DNA of 60,631 nucleotides, filler included, from Sphacelaria rigidula (lineage: Eukaryota), in NCBI GenBank assembly GCA_964200075.2. It is 8 parts of 8 records of this genome, joined end to end, with 100 filler letters (N's around TTAATTAATTAA, not from the genome) between each part and the next. Parts side by side here need not be neighbours in the genome. Positions count along the whole stretch, not along the records: positions 30,368 to 37,858 come from CAXNAA020014683.1; positions 37,959 to 45,449 come from CAXNAA020014684.1; positions 45,550 to 53,040 come from CAXNAA020014685.1; 5 more parts are not named here. The stretch is one strand, 5' to 3'. Positions 37,508 to 49,473 of this stretch are shown one piece after another. Under the pieces are notes generated by a model. The model made no database searches and was not told where the DNA came from. It saw only the letters and a list, made by a program, of their open reading frames with translations. The translations under genes were made by a program, and so were the position numbers. Every line of letters begins with the position of its first letter. Positions within the stretch are counted from its first letter, which is position 1.

Positions 37508-37809
37508 GTTCAAGTGGTGAGACACCCATGAGGCAGTGTTTAAGTCGTGACTGTCCCTGGAAGGACTATACCAGCGAGACTGTCATCCGTGTGCAAGATG
37601 ATGAGTACGCTTCGGGGACAACAATCGTGGCAGGATGCAGGTCACCCGTCATGCCACTTGCCGAACACATCACGGCGCTTCGCACCTAGTGCTTGCGAGC
37701 CTGGTCCGGCGAAAACCCGGCGTGCTCCATCCCGGATTTGTAGGGATGCGAGGTCACTCGTCCTATCACTACGGCATGCAAGACTATGAGTACCCCCCCC
37801 CCCCCCCCC
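37508..37809 (+). mobile_element. ~290-bp non-coding C-tailed repeat unit (SINE/retrozyme-like) with degenerate hammerhead-like motif at 37571-37630
   Basis: Head and tail both recur elsewhere in the window. Ends GAGTAC-polyC. Contains GACTGTC ATC..GAT GATGAG TACGC TTCG GGGAC A ACAATC. Confidence 0.65.
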
Positions 37810-38478
37810 TCCACCCTGGCGTTACTAACCTTCACGCCAAGTCCCCACACACCCACGTNNNNNNNNNNNNNNNNNNNNNNNNNNNNNNNNNNNNNNNNNN
37901 NNTTAATTAATTAANNNNNNNNNNNNNNNNNNNNNNNNNNNNNNNNNNNNNNNNNNNNCCCCCCCCCCCGGAGGCGCTCGCCGAGGGCCCCGCTGGAGGC
38001 GCCGTGCCGGGGGCACGTTTTGATACGGTTTGGCTACACTAGAGCTAAAAAATACATCAAATTTGGGCCAATTTTCAAGAGCTGTATGTAGCATACGTGG
38101 CCGGTAACGGCTTATTAAGTCGGTAACGGTAAATAATGGTTTGAAATCATTATCCAAAATTTTCATGTAACCATTACCATTATTATCATGATAATGATAA
38201 TGGCCAGTTACAGCTGGTACCATTTCCGAGCTCTACGAAATATAGTACCACGAGGAACAACTAAGGTTCCTTCTTCTTTAGTCGTGCATTAGCCAGTGTA
38301 AACATTGAAGGAGGCTATCTGTTTTGTCAAAAAGGGCTGTGCTAAAAGTACGGTTGATGATGTTGCCTCTTTTCCGCATTATATCTCGCTTCATTTTCCG
38401 AAGTATCGCCAAAAAACGGAAACGAGTCAATCTTGCAGTAGACCGTCAAAAGTCATCCCCGCGTGCGTGTGCTTTCAG

Positions 38479-41400
38479 GGCGACAGGAGCGATCGGCTAC
38501 TTCCCCAGCTACGCCCTCGGCGCCGTGATGGCCTGTCAGTTCTTCGAAGCTGCCAAGAAAACAATTCCTGACTTGGAAGCGAGTATAGCAATTGGAAAAT
38601 TTGAGCCGCTTAAGAGTTGGCTCAACAGGGAGGTGAGCGCGTTTTACATCAGGGATTCATATCTTTGCAAGAGCACACGAACGCAGGGAGTCGTGTCTCA
38701 TATCTCATTCTTCTTTTTCTTTTTCAAAAGTGACCTCTGAATCGAATCGACTCATTTTGGTATAGGGTAGATCTGGGCCAACGGATAAGAATGACTAGAG
38801 CAACCAACGGTACCTTGACGAAGCAAGGTACTGATACTACAACAGGACATATGTGACGTCATACGGTAACCATCTATGGGAAAACTCACAAGCCCATGGG
38901 ATTGTAGAGATTTCTCGATGGACAGCTGCTCTTGATCAGCAATCGTGAAGCACCCAAGCTCAGGCAGGCGCATGCGATCAAAAGATGGACTCTCTCGGCT
39001 ACTCGAAGGGAGCTTCAGATCACGGAACTGAGTTGAGTAGGAGGGACGAGAAACATCAACACCCCGAGATTCATCATGGAGACGAACGTACTTGGCACCG
39101 TACGAAGTGTTTTGACTGCCTCGTGACTGCTGAAAACATTGGCTCTCGTTTAGTTTCTTACTTCATGCAACTGGGGGAAAGTACACCGTGCTCACTCAGC
39201 CAAAATCTACTCTTTGGTACAGGTGTTTTTGCTGCATCGCGAGCACTAGAGCTCGCACGGAGTAGGTGTGATGCTATGTGCATTCCCTCCTTCATGTTTA
39301 CACTAGTACCACTTGATCGCTGCAAAACTGCCGTTTCTTCGCTCATGCTCCCGTTCGCTTGCCCGTTCACTTTTATGGAGCTCTCGGAAGGGCAGTTACC
39401 TTATCCTTCCGAGACTTGCGAAGCATTGTCAGCTAGAAAATCCATTTAATGATTTGGAAAGAAAAACACTTCTTTGGGTTCACCCATCAACGTTCCGCCG
39501 GGGTTTATTTTATCTTCAGTCACTCGAGAAATCTTATTTTGGTGAGAGGTAAGGCATGACCTGAGTGTAGTCCGATTAACAACATTTATGTTCACAAGAT
39601 GTAGAATTGGTGTCTGCATCTTAGCTGTAGTTCCTGCGCAACTGTCCCATGTTCTGCATGGAAGAAAAACTTGATTTAAAACGAAACCCGGGACCGTATA
39701 GCCCACCACACCATTATAGTTGGTCGTGAGAAATATACTACTACTGAACCCGCCGATGCTCCCATAAGCTCAATTTATCGTTGAATCTAGACAGTCGAGA
39801 GCATCACCACATCTCTTCCATGCCCGTGCGTCTATGGTTTGAAGCATGCCCAATACCGATAAACGCGCTTGCCAAACATCCAGGCGTAGCCCATCCATAC
39901 CTGCGCTGTCTAGTACGCGCAAGAACAGTGAAATCCAGCGAAGCGTCGAATGTACACCACCACAGGTGTGTGTGGTCTACGTCAACGCTGGCAACGGACC
40001 CCTGTTCGAGGTCTCGATGGAACCTTGAGATTTTTACCGGCAACGTTTTGCGCAGCATCAAGTTAACAACCAGTGCTGCTGCATGAACAATCATGATACC
40101 GTCACAGTCATTACGGTAATACTTCGCACCGCTGCTACCATCGGAACAATAATATTCGCACCAACGCGACGTACCCTAGCTGCGGGGAAAATAATAACGG
40201 ATTTTCCCTCAAAACAAGTCATGTGTCCGCAGCTGAGCAAGCGCTGTTAAATACTCGACAGCATATGTTGGCGGACTTACCGAAGTAACAAGTGGCGCAA
40301 ACACTATATATATATATATATATACAAGGTCCCTTGCCGGCCTTCGTCCGGCAGCGGTCCCTTTTTTAGCGGGTCACGGCTGACACGTTATAAACAGCCA
40401 AGCTCTCGTGCTTTGTTGTGTAAAATGATTGTTCGAGAAGCATGAACGTTTCGGCGCTGGTTTTGGCAGGAGGGTTGGCGGGCAGGTGGTGAAGAATACG
40501 TGAGCGAGAGTGGGCCGTCACTGTACTGTGTGGTTTGACAAAAATGAAGAGTGGGAGGAATGGTATCGAGTGCACCGTAAGAAACGTGAACCTGCGTTTA
40601 AGTGTCGGCGGTACCTTTTTTATGTAAGTTATGTCGAAGCATTATAAAAAAGAACAACGCCGCATGACAAGAAACAAACACGATTTGTGGTGTCGGTAAG
40701 CGGTGTTCTACATGAGCAACGCTTCAAGGGGGGGGGGGGGGATCGCGAGCAAGGACTCGAACTCGATTCCCGGTGTTGGGAAAACGCGTTCAACTCAGGA
40801 GTATGAGCGAGAGAAAAAACGCCTAGTCGTGGGAAGAGCATGCAGTAATATACACTGTATTATTACGGTTTTACGTCCAACCAAAATTTCAATTTTCAGT
40901 TGGAACGCTTCGAAACACAAATCTGTTTTTCTGTAGTATACCTCTTTATGATTATAACGGCGAACAATAGAATAACATGATGACGGCGAAAGCTGCCTCC
41001 ACTATGAAATTATATTGCAAAATAGTACGTGAAGATTCACCGGGTTCACGAGAGGCTCATCTCCCTGCAATGCGTGAGAGGGTCGCGTGCTTAGGGGACC
41101 GCATCGGAATATGAACATCTCTAGGGTTAGGGTTAGGGTTAGGGTTAGGGTTAGCCCTTGCGTGCTTTTCGATTACCGTGGCAGCGCACGGTGGATCGGC
41201 CCAAGCGCGCGCTCGACGCTGCAGCTGATTATCACCCCTCGAGGGTGGTCCTCTCTCGTCTTTCGAGCGCTCTTCCATTTCCTCGGTTGGGGAAAAGCTG
41301 AGCATATCGTGTGTGGTTGTGGTTCCTGAGGTCTGATGTTGTGACGAAGTAGTAGGGTGTAGGCATGACTCACCGGTGTTCTCGAGTATGATCCGGGTGT

Positions 41401-42910
41401 GGTTCAGGATGTAATACAACACGGAATAATTACGGTTTTAGCTCACGACAATCTCTGTGCACCCGCTCTAAATATATGAAGAATATACTGGCGTGCGGGA
41501 AATTCGACGGAGCGTGCGTGGTTCCTTATACACTGAATAATTACGGTTTCAGCTCACGACAGACTATCTCTTTGCATCCGCTCAAAATTTAGCTGCGCCC
41601 GCTCAAAAATTATATAGAAAATAAAGGACGTGCGGGAAATTCGACGGAGCTCGCGACGGGGGATCATCGTTGCGCGTTGCGCGTTGCCCGTGCCCTCGCC
41701 GAACCGCTCGCTTCAATTCCATGTGCGTTGACGATGTGAACGGGCTTCGACGGCGAGAACTGCCATAACACGAGGGTTGAACCCCACGCGCTGTTTGCCG
41801 CAACCACGCAATTTTTTCATCGACACATAATCCGCTCAATGATAATCGGTTAAACGATGCTCATCGATGACCACACACGTTCACAATATTATTGCAGTGC
41901 GGAACGAATCCGCGCATTGAACCCCTAGCATTAGCATTCGCCCGAAAAGTCATCCGCCGACGGGAGCGCGGCGGGATCTGCACATTCATTCGAGCATAAA
42001 TCCCCTGGACGCTTCCTTACGATAATCGCTGCGCGCTCGTGCGCCCTAAAGATCTTATATATATATATGTATATATACGTATATATAACTATATATAAAT
42101 CGAAGTCGTGCATGGTTGGCTATATTGTGCGATCAAATGTGTAGCACAAACCTGCTTTGGTCCATATGTTGTTGGCACAAGCCATGCCGACCCGTGTCTT
42201 GCCTCAGCATATTGGTCGGTTAATACATGTTGCACACCACCGATGGTCGACGTATTTTATGGGCAATGTACATTATACATCGAACCGTCAAGAGTGTAAA
42301 ACTTTCCGTGACTGACACGCTTACAATAACCTGTGACGGAGCATACCGTGCGAGTAGCGCTAGTCATGTGTGCATCTCTCCGCAGATACATTAACTTGAT
42401 ACAAAACTAAACTGTGAAAAGTTAACGCCTGACTCGTACAGTATTGCGAGTTGGCTTCCGAGTGTCATCCTATCAGCCCTTTATTCACCCTTTCGAAAAA
42501 GTCACATGTTCGTGTAGTCTTTCCTACCAGCAGCCTAACACCGAAAAGCTTTGCGCGCGGTAATCATGTGGTTATGTGGACATTGACATGAAAGTTAATA
42601 GTGTGGTGTTTTGTAATAAGTGAGTGCAGCAGGCACGTGCATGGTGTATGCGGTGTCTGTATTGCGGTACAGTGTGATGTATCACAGCCCAAACAAACGT
42701 ATATTAATATGCTGCTGCTGCGTTTGCCTATGTCGCATCTACGGTGTTCCTCAGGTACACGCCAAGGGATCGTTTTACGATAGCCCAGATGAATTATTGA
42801 GGCAGGTCACTGGAGAGCCTCTGAGGCCAATGGCCCTTGTGGACCACTTGCGCGACAAGTATACGGACATCTATGGCCTAGGACAAATCTCTGAGATCAG
42901 TGGCGTCTGA
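38479..42910 (+). CDS. Peptidase family M32 (carboxypeptidase Taq-like), last two exons 38479-38632 and 42755-42910
   Basis: (W)ATGAIGYFPSYALGAVMACQFFEAA..GKFEPLKSWLNRE|VHAKGSFYDSPDELLRQVTGEPLRPMALVDHLRDKYTDIYGL matches the M32 C-terminus. 4122-bp GT-AG phase-0 intron. Confidence 0.92.
41122..41154 (+). repeat. Interstitial telomeric repeat (TTAGGG) x~5.5
   Basis: TAGGGTTAGGGTTAGGGTTAGGGTTAGGGTTAG inside the M32 intron. Confidence 0.92.
41424..41655. repeat. Diverged tandem duplication, ~110-130-bp unit
   Basis: GAATAATTACGGTTT.AGCTCACGACA and CGTGCGGGAAATTCGACGGAGC each occur twice in the same order. Confidence 0.85.
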
Positions 42911-45722
42911 TATGGTGAGGTGGTGCGACGCGGGATAATGGCGTCCTCATTGCGAAACCCCGCACCCTAAGCCCATTTTCATGCGAGATCGGACTTGTCA
43001 AAGAGCAATTTTGACTGTGCCTTTCCTCGGGACCCCACACCGCCAAGGATCACAGTGTGTCAAGACCGGTCATTGTGGTGTTGTTGCAGTGGCATGCGCA
43101 CCGGAGCTCGGTGGAGCACGGCGGTTGCGCATAATGTGTTGTGGTTGCGCATCGAACACAATTCAAAGGTTCATTGATTTTGTGCGGGTCTTTGGTTATA
43201 CGTTTCGGTGCACCATGATTATTGTGATGCTTTTTCAGCCCGAACAAAAGGGCTGTACGCTACGAAATGTCGGTGGTCTACATGGATCGATTCAGGACAA
43301 TGAAATAAGTAGAATGGAGCGTAGGCGTCCGGAGAGGAGGTAGGAGAGGGAGAGTGGGCTGACAAGAGCATGTATATCCTCCAGTGTTTCGTTTTCTTGC
43401 TCATAGTTTTCCAACTCCGGAACACTGTAACTATAGGGATCGGATCGTGGTATGAGGTAAAGTGGACTGGGGGCAATGCATATCAACTATGCCTTCGATT
43501 TAGAGCTGTTTGTCCGAGTTATTGACACCCCGTGTGTGATGGTTTCTGCCGATGAAAAAACCCTGTAATATCTGTAACTTATACCGTACGGACGACCAAG
43601 TCCGGATCTGTGTTTTGGGCTACACACGTGAGTGAATGTGGTGGGGGTTTGGTCTGTACAATCCAGATTTTGAGGAAATGTATATTTTCTCCGGAGATCC
43701 TGAATCTTGAATCCGTCGTTCCGTTGTTCCCCCGATGAAATGCCGTATCTTTTTGCAATAGGCATCGTATGTTCCTCCCGAGTACGTGTATCTTGTTGAC
43801 CTTGTGACGCGGTATGTCCTGCGGAAATAACTTCAAATAAGCTGTCAGGCGTTTTTCTAATGTCGGGGTGGTAGCGGTTGGAAGCGAAACCATCATGTCG
43901 TCATGCAGCACACCTTTCTGTACTTCTTCCCGTGCGCCTCAGTAGTGCTACTGTGCCTTTTTTTTTTCTCAAGACATGGTTGAGAGTTCCCGCATTTCAA
44001 ACCGATTTCCAGGTAGCTGAGTCGCACGCTGCCCCCATGACCGTACTATTCGTGTCGGTCTTCCTGCCTGGAGACCTGTCGGGGGTCCCTTGAGGTTTTC
44101 CTCATGTTCCTCGAGATCGGTCTTAGCCCAGCGTCCCTGTCAGGTCGCTTCGTTTCTCCTGTCGTTCTTAATTGTTGTAGTACTGTTGCTCTGATTCCGT
44201 CCCTTTTCTACCCGAGTTTCCTTGAGTGTTTCTGTCCACGTACGTTACATCGCGTGTGAATAGCTTGCTACCACGAGTGTGTTCATGAAGGATTACTAGT
44301 TGATGTGAGACCAGCAATTGAGTTCCCCAGGGTCAGGGATTTGTGCCCGAAACCAAGATTGGGGTCGCCACCATTCCCGCTGTTACACGGTGATTTTCAC
44401 CCACGCGTTGTTACTATCCCGTGCAGCGGATGTGGGTGTGGCGGGATTTCAGCCATCGGCTGGTGTTCTGCACTCTCGGGAGAACTGCACGTTAGATTCC
44501 CGACAGATGTATCACTTTCGAGTCTTCTCGTCGATGAATGTGTTTGCCGTTGTTCAAAAAGAGAGAACGTGAGTAGCAAAAACAAAATTGGACGAGAGTC
44601 GACGCCGTGCGGGCGGGAGTGCTGACCTAACGCGCGATACCAAACTGTAAGGTGTACGCCGGGGGAGAGAGATGGATTGATCCCTCGCGGCAATGAACTC
44701 GTCCCGAGAACGGTCTCATCTCGAGGAAGGGGAAGGATTTGACGTAAGACGAGAAAATAATACAACGAGCGTGTATTTTGGAAGAAACCACGATGAGGAG
44801 TCTTGTCATTTCCCTAAGCGTAATACCGAGGGCCCGTTTTCATCCGTGCGTTTTCTCGTGTCCACGCTACGTCCCCAAATCACACACTACGCATACCCAG
44901 AATAGAAATTACATCACTATCTTCAACAGTACCCAGATCGATGCATCCCTCTCGAAGAGCTTATCTTCCTTCTTTTCCTTCCTTGACTTGCTTAGTCAAG
45001 CTATGTAAAACTACTCTTCTACAACAACATGATCGGCTCAGCCGTGTCCTTTGATCGACTTCATCGGTCGTGTCTAGCTGTCCCTGTTTACGGATCACGT
45101 ATCAAGGAACACTCACTCAGAGTCCATTTGATTTGCCAACGGCTTATTGTGGTCCAAACATTCGACCAATATGGCACGACTAAGGGACGCGGTCATTCCC
45201 CCAACTGCGACCGGGGACGACGCGGATTTCAGAGGTAGTTTGTATGAAGCAAAGGCAGCGATGTCCCGATTAGTGTACGGGGCGCTGCCCGCGGGCGGGG
45301 AGAAGAAGTCAAGTGGTAAGACGCACCTCACCACGCGCTCGGGATTTGGGACGTCCGGGCGCAGCACGGTCGAAAGACCAGTTCAGGCTAGCTCTGTGGA
45401 GCGGACTTTGATCCTGAGCTATCCACTTCACCTGTGGGAGACGTGTTCTNNNNNNNNNNNNNNNNNNNNNNNNNNNNNNNNNNNNNNNNNNNNTTAATTA
45501 ATTAANNNNNNNNNNNNNNNNNNNNNNNNNNNNNNNNNNNNNNNNNNNNAACGGGTACGAATGTGAAGAAGCTAGGCTAATGTGAGGGGGTTGTGGTTCG
45601 GCCCTGTAGCAAAATTGTTGCACCACGGAGGTTGAGAACTAAGCTTGGAGCAACGAGGAAGACGGGCCGGCGGTTGAGTTTGAAATCTTTCCGTCGTTTC
45701 TACTAAGCTTGGCGTCGTTTCC

Positions 45723-47549
45723 ATGGCCGACAACAACATCCCGGACGACGGGGGGGGTGTCAACGCTGTTCTACAATTGGCAGGGATACAGCCTTTGATT
45801 TTGGCAGCACAACCACAAAATAACCCGCCTTTGGGGGGACCTCAACAGGCGGGGGCGTTACCTCAAGCAGCGGCTGACCAACAGGCTGGGGACGGAGCCC
45901 CGGCGGAGGACCAAGGAGCGGGAAATGCGGCAGGTGCCGTGGAAGACGCAGGGGTGAATGCCGCGGGCGACCCGGCCGCAGCACCAGGACCCAACAATGA
46001 CACTATGCAAAGGATCCTGCAGGGAGTTCATTTGATTGTGCCCATTGTTCAATCGAACGCACAACGAATGTCAAACGCGGACGAGCAGCGAATTCAAGAT
46101 CAAGCCGCCGCTGATCAACGCCAACAGGCCATCGTCGCGTTACAACAACAGCAGCAACAACAACAGCAACAGCAGCAACTGCTCCAACAACAGCTACAGC
46201 AATTAGTACCCATACTGGCGGCAGGGCAGGGAGCTGGAGCGGGAGCTGCTGTCAACATGGCGCCGCAAATTGGACTGGGGAGCGGGGCGGCACATCAACT
46301 CGGAATTGCAAATCTCGCGCTAGCTGCAGGTGCTCGGCAAAAGTCCGTCCGGGAAAAACAGGCCGAAAAATTTTGGACAAATTCAGGCTACAGACGTGCG
46401 TTCGCCTTACGCTTAGCACTCCCTATATTTGCGGAGGAGAAGCATCGGGCCGAATTCAACGAAGACGTGGGGATGTGGGTTGACCCCACTCCTTTAGTGT
46501 TCAAAATGCTCACGTGTATGGCCGGTCTTCAGGCGGAGGAATTTCGGCACAAATCGGACGACAAAGGTATGGCCGGGCGTACTGACAATTCGAAGAAACG
46601 AGAAGTATACATTCACGTGAGGGCGATGCGGATGGCTTTTGGTTTCTTGTTGAGAAAGGGTTTGACTGAAGGCAGCGAAGGTTCAGAACGGGTAGAGGCC
46701 TTTTTGTCACGCCTTCAAAAGATTGAAGACAAAGTTAGCTCTAACGCATCGATCTACGACGCGACGTGGAAGGCCGACAAAGGCAACCTACGGGCACAAC
46801 TTCTCATGGCCATTAACAAGGATCTTGAGGAGATGGTGACTACGGGCGTAGGGTCGGTAGCGACGTGGCTGTACACTCATTTCCCGAATGGCCCGCCTTC
46901 AACCTCCGCGGAGATTGACACAGTCCCCCTTGTGCCACAAGCGTCATTTGCACACACGACGCGAGCATTAGACACGGTTAATGGAATCGTCGCTACACAA
47001 ATCAGCGTCGACCTGTCACGCAGCAGTGTCACTAACAGTGTCTCCGCTCAGCCAGCAATGTTGGGAAAGCGCAAGGCATCAACGCAGGGCACAGGTGCGC
47101 AGAACGCACGAACAGCAGAAGTGCGCCACCATCAGGCGAATGGGCTGCGTCCCAACGGGTGCATTCATTTTTGGAAGAACGGTCGATGCGCCGGTTTTGA
47201 CGCAGGCACATGCTCGTACGATCATTTGCAAATAAGATCGGCACAGCACAGCGGGGCACAGGGTGCTGGTTTCGGTAGGGGCGGCGGACGCGACAACAGC
47301 AACGCCAACGTAACCGCAGCTGGCCGAGGTTTTAGCGGGGGGGCAGGAGGTCGGGGGGGGCGAGGAGGCAACTTCAACCGCAACAATCAAAACAACGAAG
47401 CGGCCCCGATCAACAGCCTGGCAATAGTACCTTTCAACCCCCATAACTCGCAAGGAAGCGCCGGAAGTGGCGCACCGGTGTTCGGCAGTGGACAGTGGGC
47501 ACGGTCCTACGATGGGGGGGGCAGCAGCGGTCAAGGACGCCAGGGATGA
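45723..47549 (+). CDS. gag: ORF1 gag-like protein, 608 aa, with polyQ tract, CCCH zinc finger and RGG-rich tail
   Basis: Uninterrupted ATG-started ORF. C-x8-C-x7-C-x3-H (CIHFWKNGRCAGFDAGTCSYDH) at 47160-47225. GRGGGR/GGRGGRGG C-terminus. Lies upstream of RT. Confidence 0.82.
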   Translation: MADNNIPDDGGGVNAVLQLAGIQPLILAAQPQNNPPLGGPQQAGALPQAAADQQAGDGAPAEDQGAGNAAGAVEDAGVNAAGDPAAAPGPNNDTMQRILQGVHLIVPIVQSNAQRMSNADEQRIQDQAAADQRQQAIVALQQQQQQQQQQQQLLQQQLQQLVPILAAGQGAGAGAAVNMAPQIGLGSGAAHQLGIANLALAAGARQKSVREKQAEKFWTNSGYRRAFALRLALPIFAEEKHRAEFNEDVGMWVDPTPLVFKMLTCMAGLQAEEFRHKSDDKGMAGRTDNSKKREVYIHVRAMRMAFGFLLRKGLTEGSEGSERVEAFLSRLQKIEDKVSSNASIYDATWKADKGNLRAQLLMAINKDLEEMVTTGVGSVATWLYTHFPNGPPSTSAEIDTVPLVPQASFAHTTRALDTVNGIVATQISVDLSRSSVTNSVSAQPAMLGKRKASTQGTGAQNARTAEVRHHQANGLRPNGCIHFWKNGRCAGFDAGTCSYDHLQIRSAQHSGAQGAGFGRGGGRDNSNANVTAAGRGFSGGAGGRGGRGGNFNRNNQNNEAAPINSLAIVPFNPHNSQGSAGSGAPVFGSGQWARSYDGGGSSGQGRQG

Positions 47550-48047
47550 GGGCACGGGCTCCACGACGTGGGGCCAACACCGACAGAGACATCCCCGGGT
47601 TATGACAGATCACGCAGTTTTCCTCAGTCATGGACGATGGACGCCGCGGGACGGACGAGATCGATTGAGCACGCAGGAGTGCCGGGCTCAGGGACAATTT
47701 CTGTACAAGCGGTGTTAGGTGAGAATAGCTATTCCGCAACATGCATTGAGGCCGTAGCAGGTGCACAGAGGCGGAACATAACGTTTATAATTCCGTTTTC
47801 ACGCACGCAGGTGGGCATGGCATACACAACGATGAGGTCTTCCATTCGAACCACGCTCACATGGTCACCTCGTCATGGAACCAAAGCAGTCGCGACAAGG
47901 CAGTAGGTATATACTCACTGAATACAGCGCACGCAAAGCCAGTCATCAACGCTGATCACTTTTGCGACACCACATGCACACGAGTAACAGCACGCACGAT
48001 AGCACGATTGTGTGCCATTATAGAAAGAATGCTCTGGTCGCATTCCT

Positions 48048-48546
48048 TTTTCTATACACAGCCAGTGGCATCGAGAGGGACAAGCGTATTTACGGTACGA
48101 ATTATATGGCATAAGTTACACATGGCAGTTTATCGATATATATATATGTATACATATATATACCTCCGGCGTTGCAAGTAAAAGGGGATACCCGGACCTT
48201 CATATGGGCGGGGCATACCGCTTGCTACTTTTTGTTTTGGCAATCGAGGCACACGGTTTTGGCATGCGGGATACCACTCCCAGCAACGCTAAATTGCGTT
48301 TTCTATACACAGCCAGTGGCATCGAGAGGGACAAGCGTAGTTACGGTACGAATTATATGGCATAAGTTACACATGGCAGTTTATCGATATATATATGTAT
48401 ACATATATGTACCTCCGGCGTTGCAAGTAAAAGGGGATACCCGGACCTTCATATGGGCGGGGCATACCGCTTGCTATTTTTTGTTTTGGCAATCGAGGCA
48501 CACGGTTTTGGCATGCGGGATACCACTCCCAGCAACGCTAAATTGC
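48048..48546. repeat. Near-identical ~250-bp tandem duplication in the gag-pol spacer
   Basis: TCTATACACAGCCAGTGGCATCG..GCTAAATTGC starts at 48051 and again at 48302. Differences are a few substitutions and TA-run length. Confidence 0.95.
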
Positions 48547-49473
48547 AGTTTGAACAGGCTTTATGAGGCGATATGGCAATGGCAAATACGGCATTCACAC
48601 GCGGCGAACATACATACGGGGCATGCATGGCGTACGGTTGTGGCACACGTGCGGGGGGATAGACATCTCCAACGTACATAAACACGCATAATTGGCGAAA
48701 TGCGGCATTTATCAAGCACGAGGGTTCACGGCAGATAGTTGCGACCAGTTTCGCGAGGCAAGGCAACGGCAACACACGGCATTTCATTTGTAGGCTAGCA
48801 TAGTATCGCGATATCTAATACGGGCATGCCGCATTCGCACGAGGGATAGACATCTCGTTCGATTCGATGCCGTTTATTTGATTGGCGGCTACTCACAGCG
48901 GTCATGCCAATTGGGGCATACAACAATTATACAAGGCGAGTAGTCTTATAGTGGTTGCATGGCAACCGGGACCCACGGCATAGGCACGCGAGTAAACGCC
49001 CCAATGGATACACAGTTACACAGATGATTAGTGAGTAACGTTTGTATAGCCTCAGTCCCTATGCTCAACGATAGCAGAGCACAAATTATCCACGCGGTCG
49101 ATAAGACAGAGCGTTTACACAAATACTCTTAGCAGACTCCACAAGCCTTGATTACAAGTGTAGCTTTCAGTTAGAAGAGAACGATAGTATTCCGCCGCCG
49201 GCGGGTTTAAGCATGAAGACGTACACGACTTGAGCAAATTATAGCGGGTAGCAGTAATAGCTAGGTACAAGTTAACATACGCCAACTGCAATGTGATCAG
49301 TAGCCGACTAAGTAATACGCATACGTAGATTAAATTCGAGATACAACCGCGCCATCGAACCGTCTGGTACGACAGGTAATGCAGGCCCGGAGTCCACGGA
49401 CAGTGAGGCACAGACACCCAGCCGTAGGGTACACGCGTTCAAGAGGATACCACAGGCAGGGGACCTAGTTGAA

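Noticed and set aside
38040-38235. hAT-like MITE with TAGAGCT/AGCTCTA ends
   Set aside because: Only a 7-bp match and no 8-bp TSD.
40745-40800. Minus-strand tRNA-like B-box (GAGTTCGAGTCC)
   Set aside because: No convincing A-box or cloverleaf.
43480-44100. Minus-strand QGTP..LHDD as a CRE-like RT relic
   Set aside because: Only two weak motifs in broken frames. Cannot be supported without a profile search.
45550-45722. Terminal repeat matching 52794-53040
   Set aside because: No direct or inverted similarity found by eye. The ends are probably unassembled.
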